Shown here: positions 1 through 14,959 of the stretch, in pieces
Layout: the number at the start of each line of letters is the position of its first letter
How positions within the stretch are numbered: the stretch's first letter is position 1
Assembly: GCA_013265495.1 (NCBI GenBank)
Contig: MU057651.1
Coordinates: 1,003,674 to 1,067,673 of the forward strand
Length of the DNA: 64,000 nucleotides
DNA from: Vicugna vicugna
Lineage: Eukaryota
Direction of reading: 5' to 3'
Notes under the pieces: generated by a model
Seen by the model: only the letters and a program-made list of their open reading frames with translations
Databases searched by the model: none
What the model was told of the DNA's origin: nothing
Position numbers and translations under genes: made by a program

Positions 1-2261
1 TGGGACTAATATTTTCACAGCTCCCCAGGTGACTCCTTGTGCAGCGGAGAGACCAGTGGTGTGTGTGGTTGTGAATGCTGCAGCAGACTTCTCAATTGGA
101 AAGAAATTTTCTTTGGAGCAGCTTTTAAGCAAATGTTTGTGGACCCCCGAGCTGGATCAGACGTGATCTCTCCTATGTCCTCCCACTCCGCCTCCTCCTC
201 CTGTTCATCTTCCTCTCTCCCTCCCTGCTCTCCTGCCATCTCTAAAAACTCAGCCTTCGCTGTCACCCTGAATAAAGCCCCTCTCCTCTCTGGCCTCACT
301 TTCTCTGTGTGTAAAACAAAAGACTTAAATAAGATGAGGTTTAGGGGAACTGACTGGTCTATATTTGGGCCTCTGATTAAAAACCCTTGAGGGTTTTTTT
401 GTCTTGATTCATTTTTCTACCCTTATCATATTTCCAGGATCTGAGTCCCTGGTACCAAAGAACGGCTTTTCATCCTGTGTTCACCCTCATGAATCAGAGA
501 ACTCTTTGTATTTGCAGCTTATCCTGGGTCAGCGACCCTCCCTCTCAAATTCTAGCCCCTTCGAACCCACTCCTTTTAGCATCAGTAGGACACCCACCAG
601 CCAAACTGTCCTCTCTGTGTTCCTTTGGCAAAAGTTTGCCAAACTCCAGAAAGGACAGAACAATTTGTAATGGCCTTTGTGGAATGTGAGTGATTATGGT
701 AGAAAAAGACATATGAGCCATTGTGGGAATGAAAAATATTTGCACTGAGAATCCTGTGTGCATAATAAATGGATGCAAATTCTTATTTGTGTGAGTTTTT
801 ATAGCAATGCACCAGCATGGGCTCTTGTTAGATATAGAATAGTGTTCTCTTTCTCTTACTCCAGCTCCTGTTCACTCTCCCCTTCTCCCACCAGTGCCTC
901 CCCCCGCCACCAGGAGAGTAATCATTCCCAAAGCTAAATTTGTAACATATGTGTCTATGGAACATAACTGTAATAAATGTTTTATGGGATGGTGGGGTCA
1001 GGGGACCCCATAACTACCTTCTCAATGTTGCCAGACATTTCTATCACTGAACATAAGGATCTTCCTTTTTAATTGCCTGCAAAAGGTTTTTTCATGAGTT
1101 TCACTCCCCACTCCTTTAACCCTAACAGTTACCCCTAAAACACAATGTTATTTGGCTTTAAGCCTTGAGATTCTGTTCTTCATCCATTCCATCCTCCTCC
1201 ACCCCAACTCTACCTAGGCTCCTGGGCGAGGGGTGGTAGCAGAACAGTGGCCTCATCATGTCTTGAACCCTTGCTGAAAGAGCAATGATTGGGTTACTTG
1301 TACTTCAAGACTCTAAGCTTCCAAGAGGGACCACAGCTTTCCTTCATTAATTCAAGAAGACTTTGATGAACACCTTCTAGATGCTAGACACTGTTCCAGG
1401 CACTGGAGATAAAGCAGTGAGCAAAACAAAATGGAGCTGACATTCTAGTACTGTCCTGCATGGCCCATTCTTCTGTCTATAAAACATTGGGGTGTCTCAT
1501 GATCTCATGATCTCATGCCACTGCCTGCATTTGGAGTCTTGGTACGTCTCATCTAGACTAGACTCCCATCTCTTCCTCCTATCCAGTTCACTCTACACAT
1601 TATCAGGGCTCAATGCTTTGAAACACAGTTCTGATTTTTTTCCCCTGTTCAAAAAAAAAAAAAACCCTCAAAGGCTTCTACACCCTCACCTCTATTGCCT
1701 ACCAAATAAAGTCCTCACCCCTTAGCCTGTCATTTCAAGTCCTCCATGATCTGGCTGTAACCCACTTTTGGAATGTTATCCTTCAACTGTTCCCTTTTAT
1801 GGACTCTGTGTTCTCTGCTACACCTTCTCAACTTGGAAATCTCTGCCTGGAATATTCCTCACCAACTCTGTCTGTAAAAAGTCTACTCACCCTTCATGGC
1901 CCAGGTCACAAACCCTCCCCGACTAGAAGCTCTCTCTCTTGTCCTAATTTGCACAGGATTTCATACTTCTCCTGTGGCCTCCATCACATTTGCCTTGCTT
2001 TGCAGGCTACTACCTTAATTCTTAAACCCGAATGTGAGATTCTTGGGAGCAGGAAAGACACTTTAGTCTTTTTGGCTGTTTTCCCCTCAGGAGCCCATCT
2101 GTAAATCTAGTCCAGTCTTCTACAAGGAGAGAGAAAAATCTTAGCATATGGCCTGGGCTGTTCTTCTTTCACATCCCAATTTCTCTGTTGGTGTGGGAGG
2201 ACATGCAGTTATGATCAGAGCTCATCACTAAAAATCATCAAACAGCTTCTCATGTAGCTAA

Positions 2262-2651
<390 letters not shown>

Positions 2652-5406
2652 TGACTCCAGGGGACTCCTTGGACTTCCCTAAATATAGCGCAAAGAGCAT
2701 AGTTTGTATTTCAGTTGTATCTGTCCTTATTTTAAACAAAAGGCAAGAAAGCAGTGAACATAATGCACCCTCCAGCACTTTCTCAGTTGCCCCTGGGGGT
2801 TGAAGGTCATTTGGGAAAGTTCATTGGGGCTTTAACAAAATGAAAGACTGGTTGTTTTCCAGTAGTCAAAGGTACTAAGTGCTTAACTTCTGAAGCTCTT
2901 ATCCAAACCTTAGGAATAGCAATTCTCTCCCCTCATTGCACCCCAGATTCTCCTGGGGATCTTGCTAGAGGTACTTATTCCAGGCCTCATGCTCAGAGAT
3001 TCTAATTCATAGGAGGAGATTAGCCTTAGAAATGAGTAATCCAGTAAGAAATCCAGAAACCTCCTGGCTGAACACCAGGAGGGCCGATCAGGTTAACACC
3101 ACCATGCAGCCACTCAGCTGACCAGCTGGCTACAAAAGGCACCCACACACATCCAAGGTCCTGTTCTCTCCTGCACAGAGTTCCCTGGCCACACCCCCCA
3201 ACCTCTGGGCCCCGCCAGTAGCGGGGGTGAGGGGAGGAGAAATTCAATCAAACAATTGACTGCTTCTTACTTTTTTAGGCATTGTGTCAACCAGCGCTTC
3301 AGAGCAAAAGCTCAGCTGGTTCCTTTTTATGAAACCACAAACATGTTTTGTTTCCTTTAAAGGAAAAACAAATCAAAGGCAGTTCTCTGAATGGGTTAAA
3401 AGTAATAAATTATTAAACCAAATGATTGAATAACATGGGTGAAAAACAATCCGTTACAAAGAACTCCTACTATAAATCTCAACAAAGCTAGTCAGGCCAA
3501 AGCTGGTTGATCACATCTGTTACTAGTTAGATGTAAATTTCAGATTACAGATAAAAAAATTAAATTGCTTTTGAAACTAAGAGGCTTAAAAGAAGAACAT
3601 TCAAAATAAAACTCTTAATAAAAATGGTGATGTATTAGAAGAATTGGAAGTATTTACTATTGATCTGGGTTTGATTTGAAATTTATTATTTTTAAATTCC
3701 AAGGCATTCTGATATGAATTTATGAAATGAGGAGGAGGAGTTATGTAAAGATGCAGTTTGATTTTCAATCCTAAATTGCCTCCAATAGATTCCATTTGCT
3801 CTGAAAGTATTTCAAAGCCTTAAAAAATGTGTGGGGGAAATGGACTTTGAAAATCCTAAATCGCATAATTTCCACAGGCCTCTTCACTTTCAGGACAGAG
3901 GCTCATCCCTTGATTTCTCCATATGCTACAAAAGCCCCAGCTGGTTTACATTTATTCATTGCCCCCATTGATTTGGATGCAGCCATTGTCTCCTGACCTT
4001 TCTATTCTAGTTCATTGGAAAGTCACTTGTCCCCACCTCCAACTCTCGGTGCCTCAGCTGGATGAGTCAAAATCATCTTGAGAATTTGTTGGTGCGGAGA
4101 AGGCTGCCTTTCTCCCTAGAGAACTGACCTCACCCTAATGCACTTCCGAGTGTAGGCTCTCACCCAGTCTGCATTATTCCCTTAGTCCAAATGTTTAGGG
4201 GAGAGGGAACCTGCCTGCCCTACTCCTTAGCCCTCCTGCTAACAGTATGTTCCTCTGAGATGCATCTACTTTGTCCCTTGCTAGAGTCCAAGAGGAGAAG
4301 CAATTGGACCTCACCATTTTTAATTTGAGTCCAGCCGAACTTTTCTTGAAGCAGATTCTGCACCCACTTGATCGCATTGTCTAGAAGGGTGTGTCACTGC
4401 CTGCGGGGAAGAGAGAGAAGAGGGGAGGGCAGGAGAGAGAATAACACATCTGGTCTGTCTTGTCCTGTGATCCCATCCATACCCCTGAGCCTCATAGTTT
4501 AGATGTGAAGTCCCTGTTCTATCTCACTGTAAGGTTGGGAGCTTCTCTGGTTTAGATTCTTGGAAATATTTATGTGGATTGACCAGTTAGAGTGCCTAGC
4601 ACTCTAGCAGCTCTTGCAAAGGACAGGAAGAGACAGCCAACATCATCCATATTTCCTAATGTGACCCAGTGGACTTGATGAGAAAGAAATATCCCAGTGA
4701 TTCATCCTTCTGAGGCCCTTGTCTTGCAGCCAAATCAGTCAGTTCCTAGAAACGCCCCGAGTGGGGCTATTTCTCCCACTCTCGCCCCGCCTTAAGTGAT
4801 ACAACCCACCCTAGAGATGTTGTTGACTGGGATGCCGACAGGTCTCCCTGGGTATGATGAGGTGATGGGAATAATGAGAAACACACTCAATCCCCGTCAT
4901 GGCTTGAAATCTCTGGAATGTCTCAGCACTTTCGAAAGGGAGAGAACTCATTCTCAGACCTCCCTGTTGGCAGCCCGGTGCAGGTCTTATGCTGGAGCCT
5001 AGCTCTGTGCCTTTCAGTAGGAGCTGGCTATGTTTTGGTTGGTTTTCACTGAAGGATGTTCCTGTGGCCCCTTCCCTGCATTTGCCCCTTGGTTTGCAGC
5101 CCAGATGCTTGCTCTTGCAAAGTCCCTCAGAAAACATGGAGCCAGTGACTCTTCTTCCATTCAACAAATGTGAGGCCACCAAACGATATCTTTAGGGTGG
5201 GCAGTGATTTGCTATAGCCAAATCTCTATAGCCCCTCTGAGGTGAAGGACACAGGACATTGCCTGAAGACTAGAGGCATAAAAGGCTGCCTTTCACCACT
5301 TACCTGGGATGCATAGGTCCTTTCCCTCTCATTCTTGTCTTAGCATCTTCCTTCCCATGCCCGAAAGTAGACCAACACCATTAAGCTCCATACCCATCTG
5401 TGTTAG

Positions 5407-5843
5407 TGAGATAGGACTGGGGGCAGGCACAACCGTTAAAGGAATGACACAACAACTGAGGACAGGACAAACTGGTTAAAACCAAGATGGCGGAAGATTC
5501 GACTTCCAGTAGACCTTGAGCCTCATGGCGCACCCACACGTGCCATGACAGTTCCTAGGCTGATCGTAAAAGGTAGAAAAGTAGGTGGGGCCCAATTCCT
5601 GGAAATCCCTGCCCCTTTCCCAACATAGCTGGAATAATCCTCCCACGCATTAGTATATGAAATTACCAAGCCCATAAAAACTAACAACCCTGCACCTCGT
5701 GGTCGCTCTTTTGCTTGCCTTCTGAGATGGCCCACACTCTGTCTATGGAGTATATATCTCCCTGAATAAACTTGCTTTCACTTTACTATGCCTTGCTCTT
5801 GAATTCTTCCTTGTGCGAGACAAGAACCTATTCTCCGGCAACA
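5407..5843 (+). mobile_element. Solo ERV1 LTR, MER41-like
   Basis: TG...CA termini, 4-bp target site duplication (TSD) TTAG at 5403-5406 and 5844-5847; MER41-type blocks (aaccaagatggcg, gccatgacagtt, ctctgtctatggagta, aataaacttgctttcactttac). Confidence 0.85.
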
Positions 5844-6362
5844 TTAGTAGATCAGATTCTTATAGCATTTGACATTGTGAATGGATTCACTTTAGGATCT
5901 AGAGAAACTGGCCTTTTGAGAAGAGCAGTAGTTTTTGCATCTAGCCTCCCTGGGCAGCAAATCTTTCTGGGAGATTTTCATGCCCAGAAGCACATCCACT
6001 TGGGCCATACCAATCCTCTATGGGGCTGCAGGTATGAACACTACATCCTAGCAGAGGTTCCTTATCAGACACCCAGGACAGATAGAACTCTGCTTTTATG
6101 CACCCATTCATTCCTCCATTTAAAAAATATTTATTGACTGCCTACTATGTGTCAGGCACTTGTGGGCATCCAGAGGTTGTTGCTGAAGGACCTGATTAGT
6201 AGCTGACAGTAGAACAAGACCCGAGCTGTTTGTTTGGCTACAGAGGCTGCTCTGTAAACATATCTCTATGGCCATGACAAGAACAAAGGATGCTCAATGT
6301 CTCAAGGGGTTCAGGGCTTGGGTTGTGAGCATAGGGGTCCATTTCAGCTCCTGAGCCTTTAA

Positions 6363-6626
<264 letters not shown>

Positions 6627-7762
6627 TGATGGAGATCCCCACGTAGTCATTCTCAATGTTCTTTGAGCATCAGAAAACGTCATCACAACCTGCCATTTTG
6701 TAACAGTAATAGTTCTGCTAATAACTAAACGAACTACATTTGCTCCTCTCTTGAAGGGCTGATAAGATGGTTGCTTGGAAGAAATTTACTTCTCAGAAAT
6801 AGGCTGGGGATTTGCTTATGTCTACCACACCTTTGACCACATGTAGCCCTAAGGGCTGAACTGAAGCTTTGCTTTTCTAAATAGTAGAGAAAATAGGTTA
6901 ATGTGATTATTAGGAGGGACAGTAAGTAGCACCTTCTGTTTATATCACTAACTCCTCCCTTTCCCCTGTGAGGCAGGACGAGAGATAGGTGAGGTGTAGT
7001 GGAAGGAGAGTGGGTTCTGGTCCTAAGTAACTTGCTGTATGACCTTGGAAATGTGCCACATCTGCTCTGGGCCACAGCAGCCTCATCTGCACAATAGAAA
7101 GTTTGAAACAATTGATCTCCAAGCTTCCTTCCAATACTCAAATCCTATAATGATATTATTATTTCTCTATTAAAGATAAGAAAACTGAGTTGTATAAAGT
7201 GAAATGACTTCCCCAGAGTCAGAGAAATAGATAATAAAACCAAGACTCAGAACCCAGGTCACTTCCATCCCATTGTTTTTTCCAGGCCCATAGAAAATGT
7301 CTGATTTTCAAAAAGGGAAATCAATTACTTAAATGGTGGTTTTGACACATGAGCTAGAAAAAAAATACAGTCTGTAGTATTGGGGTTGACAGAGTACTGG
7401 ATTAGCGATCAAGCATTCTAGCCCAGGCTCTACCACTGGTTTCCTGTGTGACCTGGAGCAAGTCACTTCACCTCTCTGAGCTTGTTTCCTTCTCTGCAAA
7501 ATGAAAGAGTTAGAGGAGATTTCTTAGGCCCTTCCCAGCTCTAACATTCTAGGACTGAATGAAATTATTCCCTTCCAGGCACATGAATTTATCATGTCTG
7601 ATGTCAACCTGCAAAGCATTTTTGTAAACAGATGAAAAACCGAACGTTTTTATATGTAGGCAGAGAGCTAAATCATTTATTCAATTTAGGCAATTCCTCA
7701 TGAGTAGCAGGCAAATATAAACTTAGTCACTACATATACATAATTTGAGCATCTTCATGTAG

Positions 7763-8115
7763 GCCAGTTGTCCCCAAACTTGTCTGCACATTGGAATCCC
7801 CCAGAGAGTGTTTAAAAATACCTGTGTCTCATCCCCAGAGATTATGATTTAATTGATTTGAGATGTGGCCTGGGATTTGGAATTTTTAAAAGATCTCCAG
7901 GCAATATTCATGTGCGGGCAAGTTTGGGAACCACTGCTGCAGGCCCAGGGTGGTTTATGGTCTTACTAATCAAAATGTGGTCTGAGGACCAGCAGCACCT
8001 GGGAGCTAGTCAGAAATGCAGGCTCTCAGGTTCCACCCCAGACCTGCATCAGAATCTGCATTTTAACAAAGCCCCCCAGGCGATTCCAATGCACATTAAA
8101 GTTTGAGAAGCACTG
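7763..8115. mobile_element. Two adjacent MER5-like hAT MITEs
   Basis: MER5A-like blocks (cacattggaatc...ccccagagattatgattt; agaaatgcaggctctcagg...aatctgcattttaacaa...gtttgagaagcactg). Confidence 0.7.
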
Positions 8116-8689
8116 AGCTATGACACAAACAAAATCTTTCTTAATGTAATGACCTTCATCTTCCAGAGTAAACAGGGGGCAGGGTGTGGATAGGAAGGTC
8201 AGGAGCTATCTGATATGGAGTAAAGAATTTGGGCATTAAATTTGATGAGGAAATGTACTCATTAGGAGTGGGGAGAGAGCACATTCTGAGGATGTGGACA
8301 TGGGGGCCACCCAGCTACGATGACCTATTACAGCTTCCAAGTCTGCAATCTCACTGGATCCCCAAGCCTTTTAGTATCACTTAGGAGTACTTCCACCAAC
8401 ACAGTTTTCTCTTCTGTCAAGGGTCTAACACCTATAAAGATAAAAGTAATTCAATAAGATAATTTCAGATACAAACTAATAGTCAGCTAAACTACCTCAG
8501 GTAAGATAAACCCTCCCACTATATAATATTGCAATTTGAATTTCAGACTTGCGGACCAAATCCCATCTCTTTGTGTGGTTAGGATTTTATTGGTGTAGGT
8601 GATTCAAGTAAGAGTGAAGGAATCAAAAAGGTGTGAGAACAGGACACAGAGCAGGCACTGCCTTTCAGGTTGGTGGTATTTATTAGAAC

Positions 8690-9215
8690 CTTTACGTTCA
8701 TACTTTTTGGCTAAGCAGTTTCACTCCTAGGAGTCCAAAGAAAGTAATCAGGGACATACAGAGATATACAAACAAGGATTTTTTCTGCAGTACTGTTTAC
8801 AATGGTGAAATATTCGAAACAAACTGAAAGTCCGCCACTATGGAAATTGTTAAATAAATTATGGTGTACCTGTACTGTGGAATATTATGCAGCCATTAAG
8901 AATCACCATAGAACAAGGTTTAATGGCACAGAAAGATGTTTGCAATATATCTGTTAAGTGACAAGAGCAAGCTACAAAACAATATGTATGTTATGATCCC
9001 ACTTCTTGTATTTAAAGAAAAAAAGCATTGATAATATACTTAGACCAAAAAAAAAAAAGACTAGAATGGCATATGGCTGAATGTTAATAGTGGTCGTATT
9101 TGGGTGACTGAATTATGGGTAACTCTTATTTTCTCCTTTTTATCTGTATTTTCTAAATTTTCAACAATAGGCACTTTTGTAATTAGACAAAGTAATAATC
9201 AACTATACTTCAATT
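8690..9215 (+). mobile_element. Old L1 (L1ME/MC-like) 3' fragment
   Basis: taaataaattatggtgtacctgtactgtggaatattatgcagccattaag and typical 3' UTR blocks. Confidence 0.65.
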
Positions 9216-9952
9216 TAAAAAAAAAGCAACTAAATGTGCCTTTACCATACCACCTGGCAGTTCCACTTCTGGGCATTTAATCCAGAGAAATTAAATTTAT
9301 GTTCACATTTTTTAAAAAAGAAAAAGTGTTAAACAACCATTATTTTAAAGACTTCCCTTAGAATCCCAATTGGTGATATATTGAAGAGTCTCGTTGACTA
9401 AACCTGTTTCTCTGGAAGAGAGGCCTTTCCTGCTTTCCCACACTGCTCAGACGTGTAGAGAGGAGGACTTACAGGGCAGCATGGAAGGAGAGAGTGTCTG
9501 TCCTATTCCATGCACACCTGTCCCTCAGTGAGCCACACATGGGTGTCTGCAAATGGAAAGTCTCCTGGTAGTCCCATTGCCCGACAAGAGTCACTATCTG
9601 CAGAGACCTGGGTACTCAGCAGCTTCAGGGCCACGTGGGGCATGTACTTGTTTGTGCAGCATTCAATCTGGAGACACGTATTTTGTGCCTACTGTGTGCA
9701 AGACACCGTTACAGGTACTGAAAGTAGAGAGAGAAAGCAGACAGACGCCGGCTACTTGCCAGCATGCTCCTTACATTCTAGTGGGAGAAGAAAGATAATG
9801 ACCACAAACCAATAAGGGAATTATCAGTGGCAATGAGTACCATGAAGAAAAAACAAACAGGATCAGGCAATAGTGAATGGGACCGGCAGGGCTGAGCACT
9901 TTCAAAAGACTGGTCAGGGACTGCTTCTTTAAAGAATGCTGTTTGAGTAGAG

Positions 9953-10098
9953 GTTTTTTAAAAATTTTTTTGCAGGAGGGAGTATAATTAGGTTTTCATT
10001 TCATTTATTTATTTATTTTTAAGTGGAGGTACTGGGGATTGAACCCAGGACCTTGTGCATGCTAAGCATGTGCTCTACCACTGATCTATACCCTCCCC
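9953..10098 (-). mobile_element. tRNA-derived SINE of camelid type
   Basis: Minus strand GGGGAGGGTATAGATCAGTGGTAGAGCACATGCTTAGCATGCACAAGGTCCTGGGTTCAATCCCCAGTACC (A and B boxes) followed by A-rich tail. Confidence 0.85.
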
Positions 10099-11008
10099 TC
10101 TGAGAGTTCTGAATGATGTGAAGGGGTGAGAAATGGGAAGATCGTGACATCCTCAGCCTCTTAGAAAATGACACAAGACACAGAGGAAAAGGAATAAAGG
10201 AGTGAGGAGGGAAGAAGACCGATGGAAAAACCAACAGTAAATTCAGTTATTCATGTTGAGAAGGGAAAAGAAATAAAAGTCACTGATGATCCAGCCGAAA
10301 GTTTCACCACAACAAATGATTGCAGGCTCCTCCAGTACCAAACCAAGGCCAAAAGAAAAGATGTGGAATTTACCTCTCTCTCTTCTCTTCACTCTTGTAG
10401 AGGTTGGCCTTGCCTTGTGTATCAGTGGCCGTCTGCAGGGCTGTGTAGGACTTCCGCTCTTTGAAGGTTCCCCAACTCACCTCTCAACCCCACCATACCA
10501 CCCCAATACCTGAAAATCCTGTAATGACACACCCCCTTTAGGTTCGAGCAGAAAAAGCCCCCCTTAAGACTTAAAGTTTGTTTCTTGGGCCAGGATAATA
10601 CATCTCCTGCATCCATCACCCCCATTTCCATAAGGAATGGTTCCCCAGTTTCTTAGTTCTGGGGGGCTCAGGACAGGAGCATTCTCGTGGGAAGTGGCAA
10701 TGGCTAGAAATGACTTGAGGCATGGCCTGCTTCCCCAGAAGAAAATGAAAGTAGGTGAAAATGGAGTGATCGGGAAGCACCTCGAAGTGGAGTGTGTGAA
10801 ATGAAAAAGACGTTGCTAAGTAGGTAGCTCGAAAGACACGTTCTGTTTATTTACTCAATATTTTTATGTACCAGTGAGGTTGAGTCGCTAATGATTCTGT
10901 GGTTTGTAGATCCCTTCTGGTGAGTAAATGAAGCTCTTGGAGGGGAGGGGTGGTGGTGCAAGATGACTCTTCAGGACACTGGGAGAACTTTTAGCATGTT
11001 ACAGGTAC

Positions 11009-11410
11009 TTGCCGTGCCATCATGGATTTCACATGGCAGTTAGAGCCATAGCCAGTATTAAGCTGGTGAGGAAGACTGAACACATGAACCTGGCTCTCAT
11101 TCTAAAGCTGGTAATTAAATACACAGAGGTTCCGGTAGACTCAGTGACCTCTTCCCCCCTCCACCCATTTGAAAAGTGCTCACACACATCCCTTAATTAC
11201 CTAATGGAACCAAAAAAGACCAACCCATCGAGTAATTAAATAACTTAAAAAAAAAGACAAAAGGAGAAAGAAAGCTTGATTCTAAGGTGATCTATAAATT
11301 GAGTAATCCAATCTGGAATCACCCAGAGAAGACTTGGATTTTGTTCTTTCAGCGCCCAAATGGTGGTGAGGGTTGGAAAGCGAATCAGATCAGCAAGAGA
11401 TACGCACTAG
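11009..11410 (+). mobile_element. Decayed non-LTR RT remnant (motifs 2-5, RTE-like)
   Basis: PCHHGFH...VRKTEHMNLALILKLVIKYTEVPVDSV ~ QHGFR..IEKCREYNLPLYLAFIDYTKAFDSV; IQSGITQ ~ SGVPQG; VRVGKRIRSAR ~ VKVGGRRIKCIRFADD (by eye). Confidence 0.6.
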
Positions 11411-11592
11411 CAGTTTGATTACCTCTGGTCCAAATGGCTAACAGTGAGCCCCCTCAATTAGAATCACAGGTGCAAAGCACTCAATACACAATGCTTTCAT
11501 CAGTTGTTCTTACAGATGGTTTCTGCACATACTCAGTTTTCAGGGTCCTCAGCTTCCCTTTGCTGTTGCTGATTTGAGCATTACACTTTAAA

Positions 11593-11866
<274 letters not shown>

Positions 11867-12747
11867 TTACACTTTAAATACACAGCTGAAAATGGTGCTG
11901 ATTTCAAGGCCAGCAAAGGAACTTAACTCATGGATAACCAACCAAGGGAAACGTCTTTCGGTGGGGGCCTGAAGAAAGAAGAGGGTGAAGCAGAATGGGG
12001 AGTCGAAGGGGGCTGGTACCTTTATGCCTAGAAGCTGAAATCCAGCAATTTAGTTTATACTTTAAATGATCCATAGTTAAGGGATTTGACCAATTTTTTG
12101 TGTCTTCCAACTGTTCATTTGGTATAGCATATGTATGACTAATCTGACATCAAGGTTTTGGCCCTGGTGTTGATCTGGTATTTTCATTACCCTTACAAAC
12201 AAATTAAAGAGCATTCAGAAATGTCAAGCCAATTGAGATAGATCCTTTGGGCAAATATATGCACATCAATAAGTGTCATAAATGTTTCCTAAGTATACCT
12301 AAGTGACATCAGGGAAGTTAACCAAGACTTTCTGTCAGCCCGTTCTTTGAGTGTCTGTTGGCAACACTGAGCTAGACAAACCATGATCCTGACCCAGCAT
12401 GGAAGATCATATGCTCCCTTAAGTGCCCAACAGATTCATGCCTGATCACATTCTTCTTCTTCGTGAAGGTCCACTTCTCACATGGCAGTGGTAGATCTAG
12501 TGTAGCTTTGGGTCCAGTGTTCTGCAGAAATGTGGATTCAGTCATCACGTGGACTTAGAGGCATGTGCGCCTTTGTGATTTGGTGACGGCTACAAGGTGG
12601 GCTTTCTATCTCTGAAGGCATATTCTTGTTGATTGTCCACTTTTGATGCTTGTGAGGTGTTATTAACAATGAGATACATAAGTGAAGAAGTTTGCTTCTA
12701 GTTTTGGAAACCCATGACAAATCTTTCTACTTGCTTCGTGATTCCAG

Positions 12748-12915
12748 AAGAACTTCCCGGCCAAAGCTTTGACAGCAAAGGCTACTTTTGTGGAGAAGAA
12801 ACAATGCCCGTGTACGAGTCTGTGTTCATGGAGGATGGGGAGACCACCAGAAAAATAGCCCTGGAGACAGAGAGACCACCCCAGGTAGAGGTTCACGTTT
12901 GGACCATTCGAAAAG
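12748..12915 (+). CDS. CHRDL1: CHRDL1 coding exon ([23 protein letters not shown]...VWTIRK)
   Basis: Protein match; NAGNAG acceptor cag|aag|; donor AAAG|gtaagc; 168 nt, phase 1-1. Confidence 0.97.
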
Positions 12916-14142
12916 GTAAGCAAGACAACATTAATTTCTTATTTTTTTTTTGTAAGGGGGACAGAGGGAAGGAAGGGAAGGCTCACCTTCATTTTGCTTC
13001 AGTCTGTTCCTCTGTTGGGGTCAGAAGATTTCCTGATTGCTTAGAAACTAACACATGGCTCATTGTGGCCTTTCACTTTAACCGTGACCTGGGCTGAAAA
13101 GTAAGTATTGACTATCGGGGTTTGTTGTCCTCCTCACACAACCAAGGCCGGAGGAGTGGGTTCTTCACCCTGGCTGCGCAGCAGAATCATCTGGGAAGGC
13201 TTTTAAATACCAAATCAGAGATTCTGACTAATGGGCCAGGAGTGGGGCTTGGGCTTACGTGTTTGTTCTGAAAGCGCCACAGGTAATTCTGATGTACAGC
13301 CAGGGTTGTAAATACCAAACTGTAGTCTACCGTTGTTTCCAAGACGAAGCTCAGCAAACGTGAAAATACATTCATTCAGCACAAAGCTGAGTCTCTCGAA
13401 TCATGTTGGGTGCTCTGCAGTCGGACAAATTTAAAACATTTAAAACATCATCCCTGCCCTCAAGAAGATGATAGTCTCACTGGAGGAACAATCCCAGTCA
13501 TGATGTTCAGTTCCTTTCTGGTTACTCGCGTTGACTGCCACAGCAAGCCACATTCTGTTCATTGTGAACCTGCAGCTATTCAAACCATCCCACAGCTACA
13601 AGACTAGGGCAGTTGTAGTCTGGTCAAGTTTTCTAGGAATCCAAGTGTAGCGGTGAGATTTCAATTGGGAAATAATGCCCCCACGTAAGGCTCAAGAGTG
13701 CTCGAACTTGAGTGAGTTTCCGCATCACACAAGAAGCTGGTTTAAAACAGCTGTCCAGTCTCATCCAAGAAATACGAATTCAGTCAGCCTCGCATAGGGT
13801 CTACACGTTTGCATTTCTAACGAATAGCCAGGTGATGCTGATGCACGGGGCCCTTGGACCCATCCTTTGAGAAATACCTGCTCTAGTATTTGGGGGTCCT
13901 TTTTCTCTCCCTTTTCACAACAACGTTTCTTTCTGAAAAGAGCGAGTTCCTCCCTGCCCCTTAAGAAATATGCTAGAACGCACATAGATGTCTCATCACT
14001 GTTTATTTTTGCTACATACCTAGGGATGTTGATTTGCTGTCTGTAACTCCCTGGCCCCTCTGTAACTGGTCACCAGGACTAAGCGCTGTTCTGTAAGCTT
14101 TCGTAGCAGTGGGCTCACAATTCATCCATCACCCCACATCTC

Positions 14143-14320
14143 TTGCGTCACAGAGGTGTGTGGATGCTTTTCAACTTGCTAGGGTCTCATCTAAATAACC
14201 TCTTGTTCACAGTGCTGGGTAATCAAGATCTGTGCCTGGTGGACAGAGAAAACCCAGGCTTTGTGTCTGTCGCTCCCTGTAGACCTTGTGAAGATTATTT
14301 ACATGGGCTGGTACCATATT
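14143..14320 (+). mobile_element. Decayed non-LTR RT remnant (motifs 1-2)
   Basis: HRGVWMLFNLLG...LVDRENPGF...RPCEDYLHGL ~ YRGISLLSNLG...EEQAGFR.GRSCEDHIFTL (by eye). Confidence 0.55.
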
Positions 14321-14959
14321 GCTCCTTAACTGCAAGGCTGTTTTCTGTTGTTCATGTGTTATTCTGATAAAAACTACTCAGGCAAGGTTGAGCCTGTGGG
14401 AACCCCATTATTTGATCTCTCCCCATTTTTAAAAGGGAAAGCTAAAGGAGATGTGATTGTTTCCCAAAGGCAAATAGGCTTTTCAGTGAGTTCAAGAATA
14501 GGGATGGCTTCTCCATTTACACGAAGAACCTGTCTGCAAGGCCCATCACTGGCTCTCACGGCTGAGCCGGAGGGCAGCCCAGTGGCTTGGCAGGGACCAG
14601 ACTTGGGGCAAGGACACGATGTCTAATACTGCCTTGGGATGCGGAAACTCCAACCGGCACCCATGCTTGATTCCCTGTGGCTTTCCCTAGGGGCGGGTCC
14701 CAACGGCCAGCAGCTCTGTCTCCCTTATCTCCATCCTCTGGAGAACCAGGGGGGAGGCTGGCGAGCCAAGGAAACAAATGGAGTCAATTATAACCCTCGA
14801 GCCGTCCAAGTTCCTGGTTAAGCACATTACACAACTCAGCTCGAGACTCCTAAGCCCCAGAAATGAGATGATATGTTCAGCCCAAGCAGGAAAAAAAGGG
14901 GTTGGTGGTTCCAGATAGAGAGTGCCTGACCACCTGCCACACTCTTTGCTTGGCCCCAG

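Noticed and set aside
10025..10098. tRNA gene
   Set aside because: tRNA-like head runs into an A-rich SINE tail; it is a SINE.
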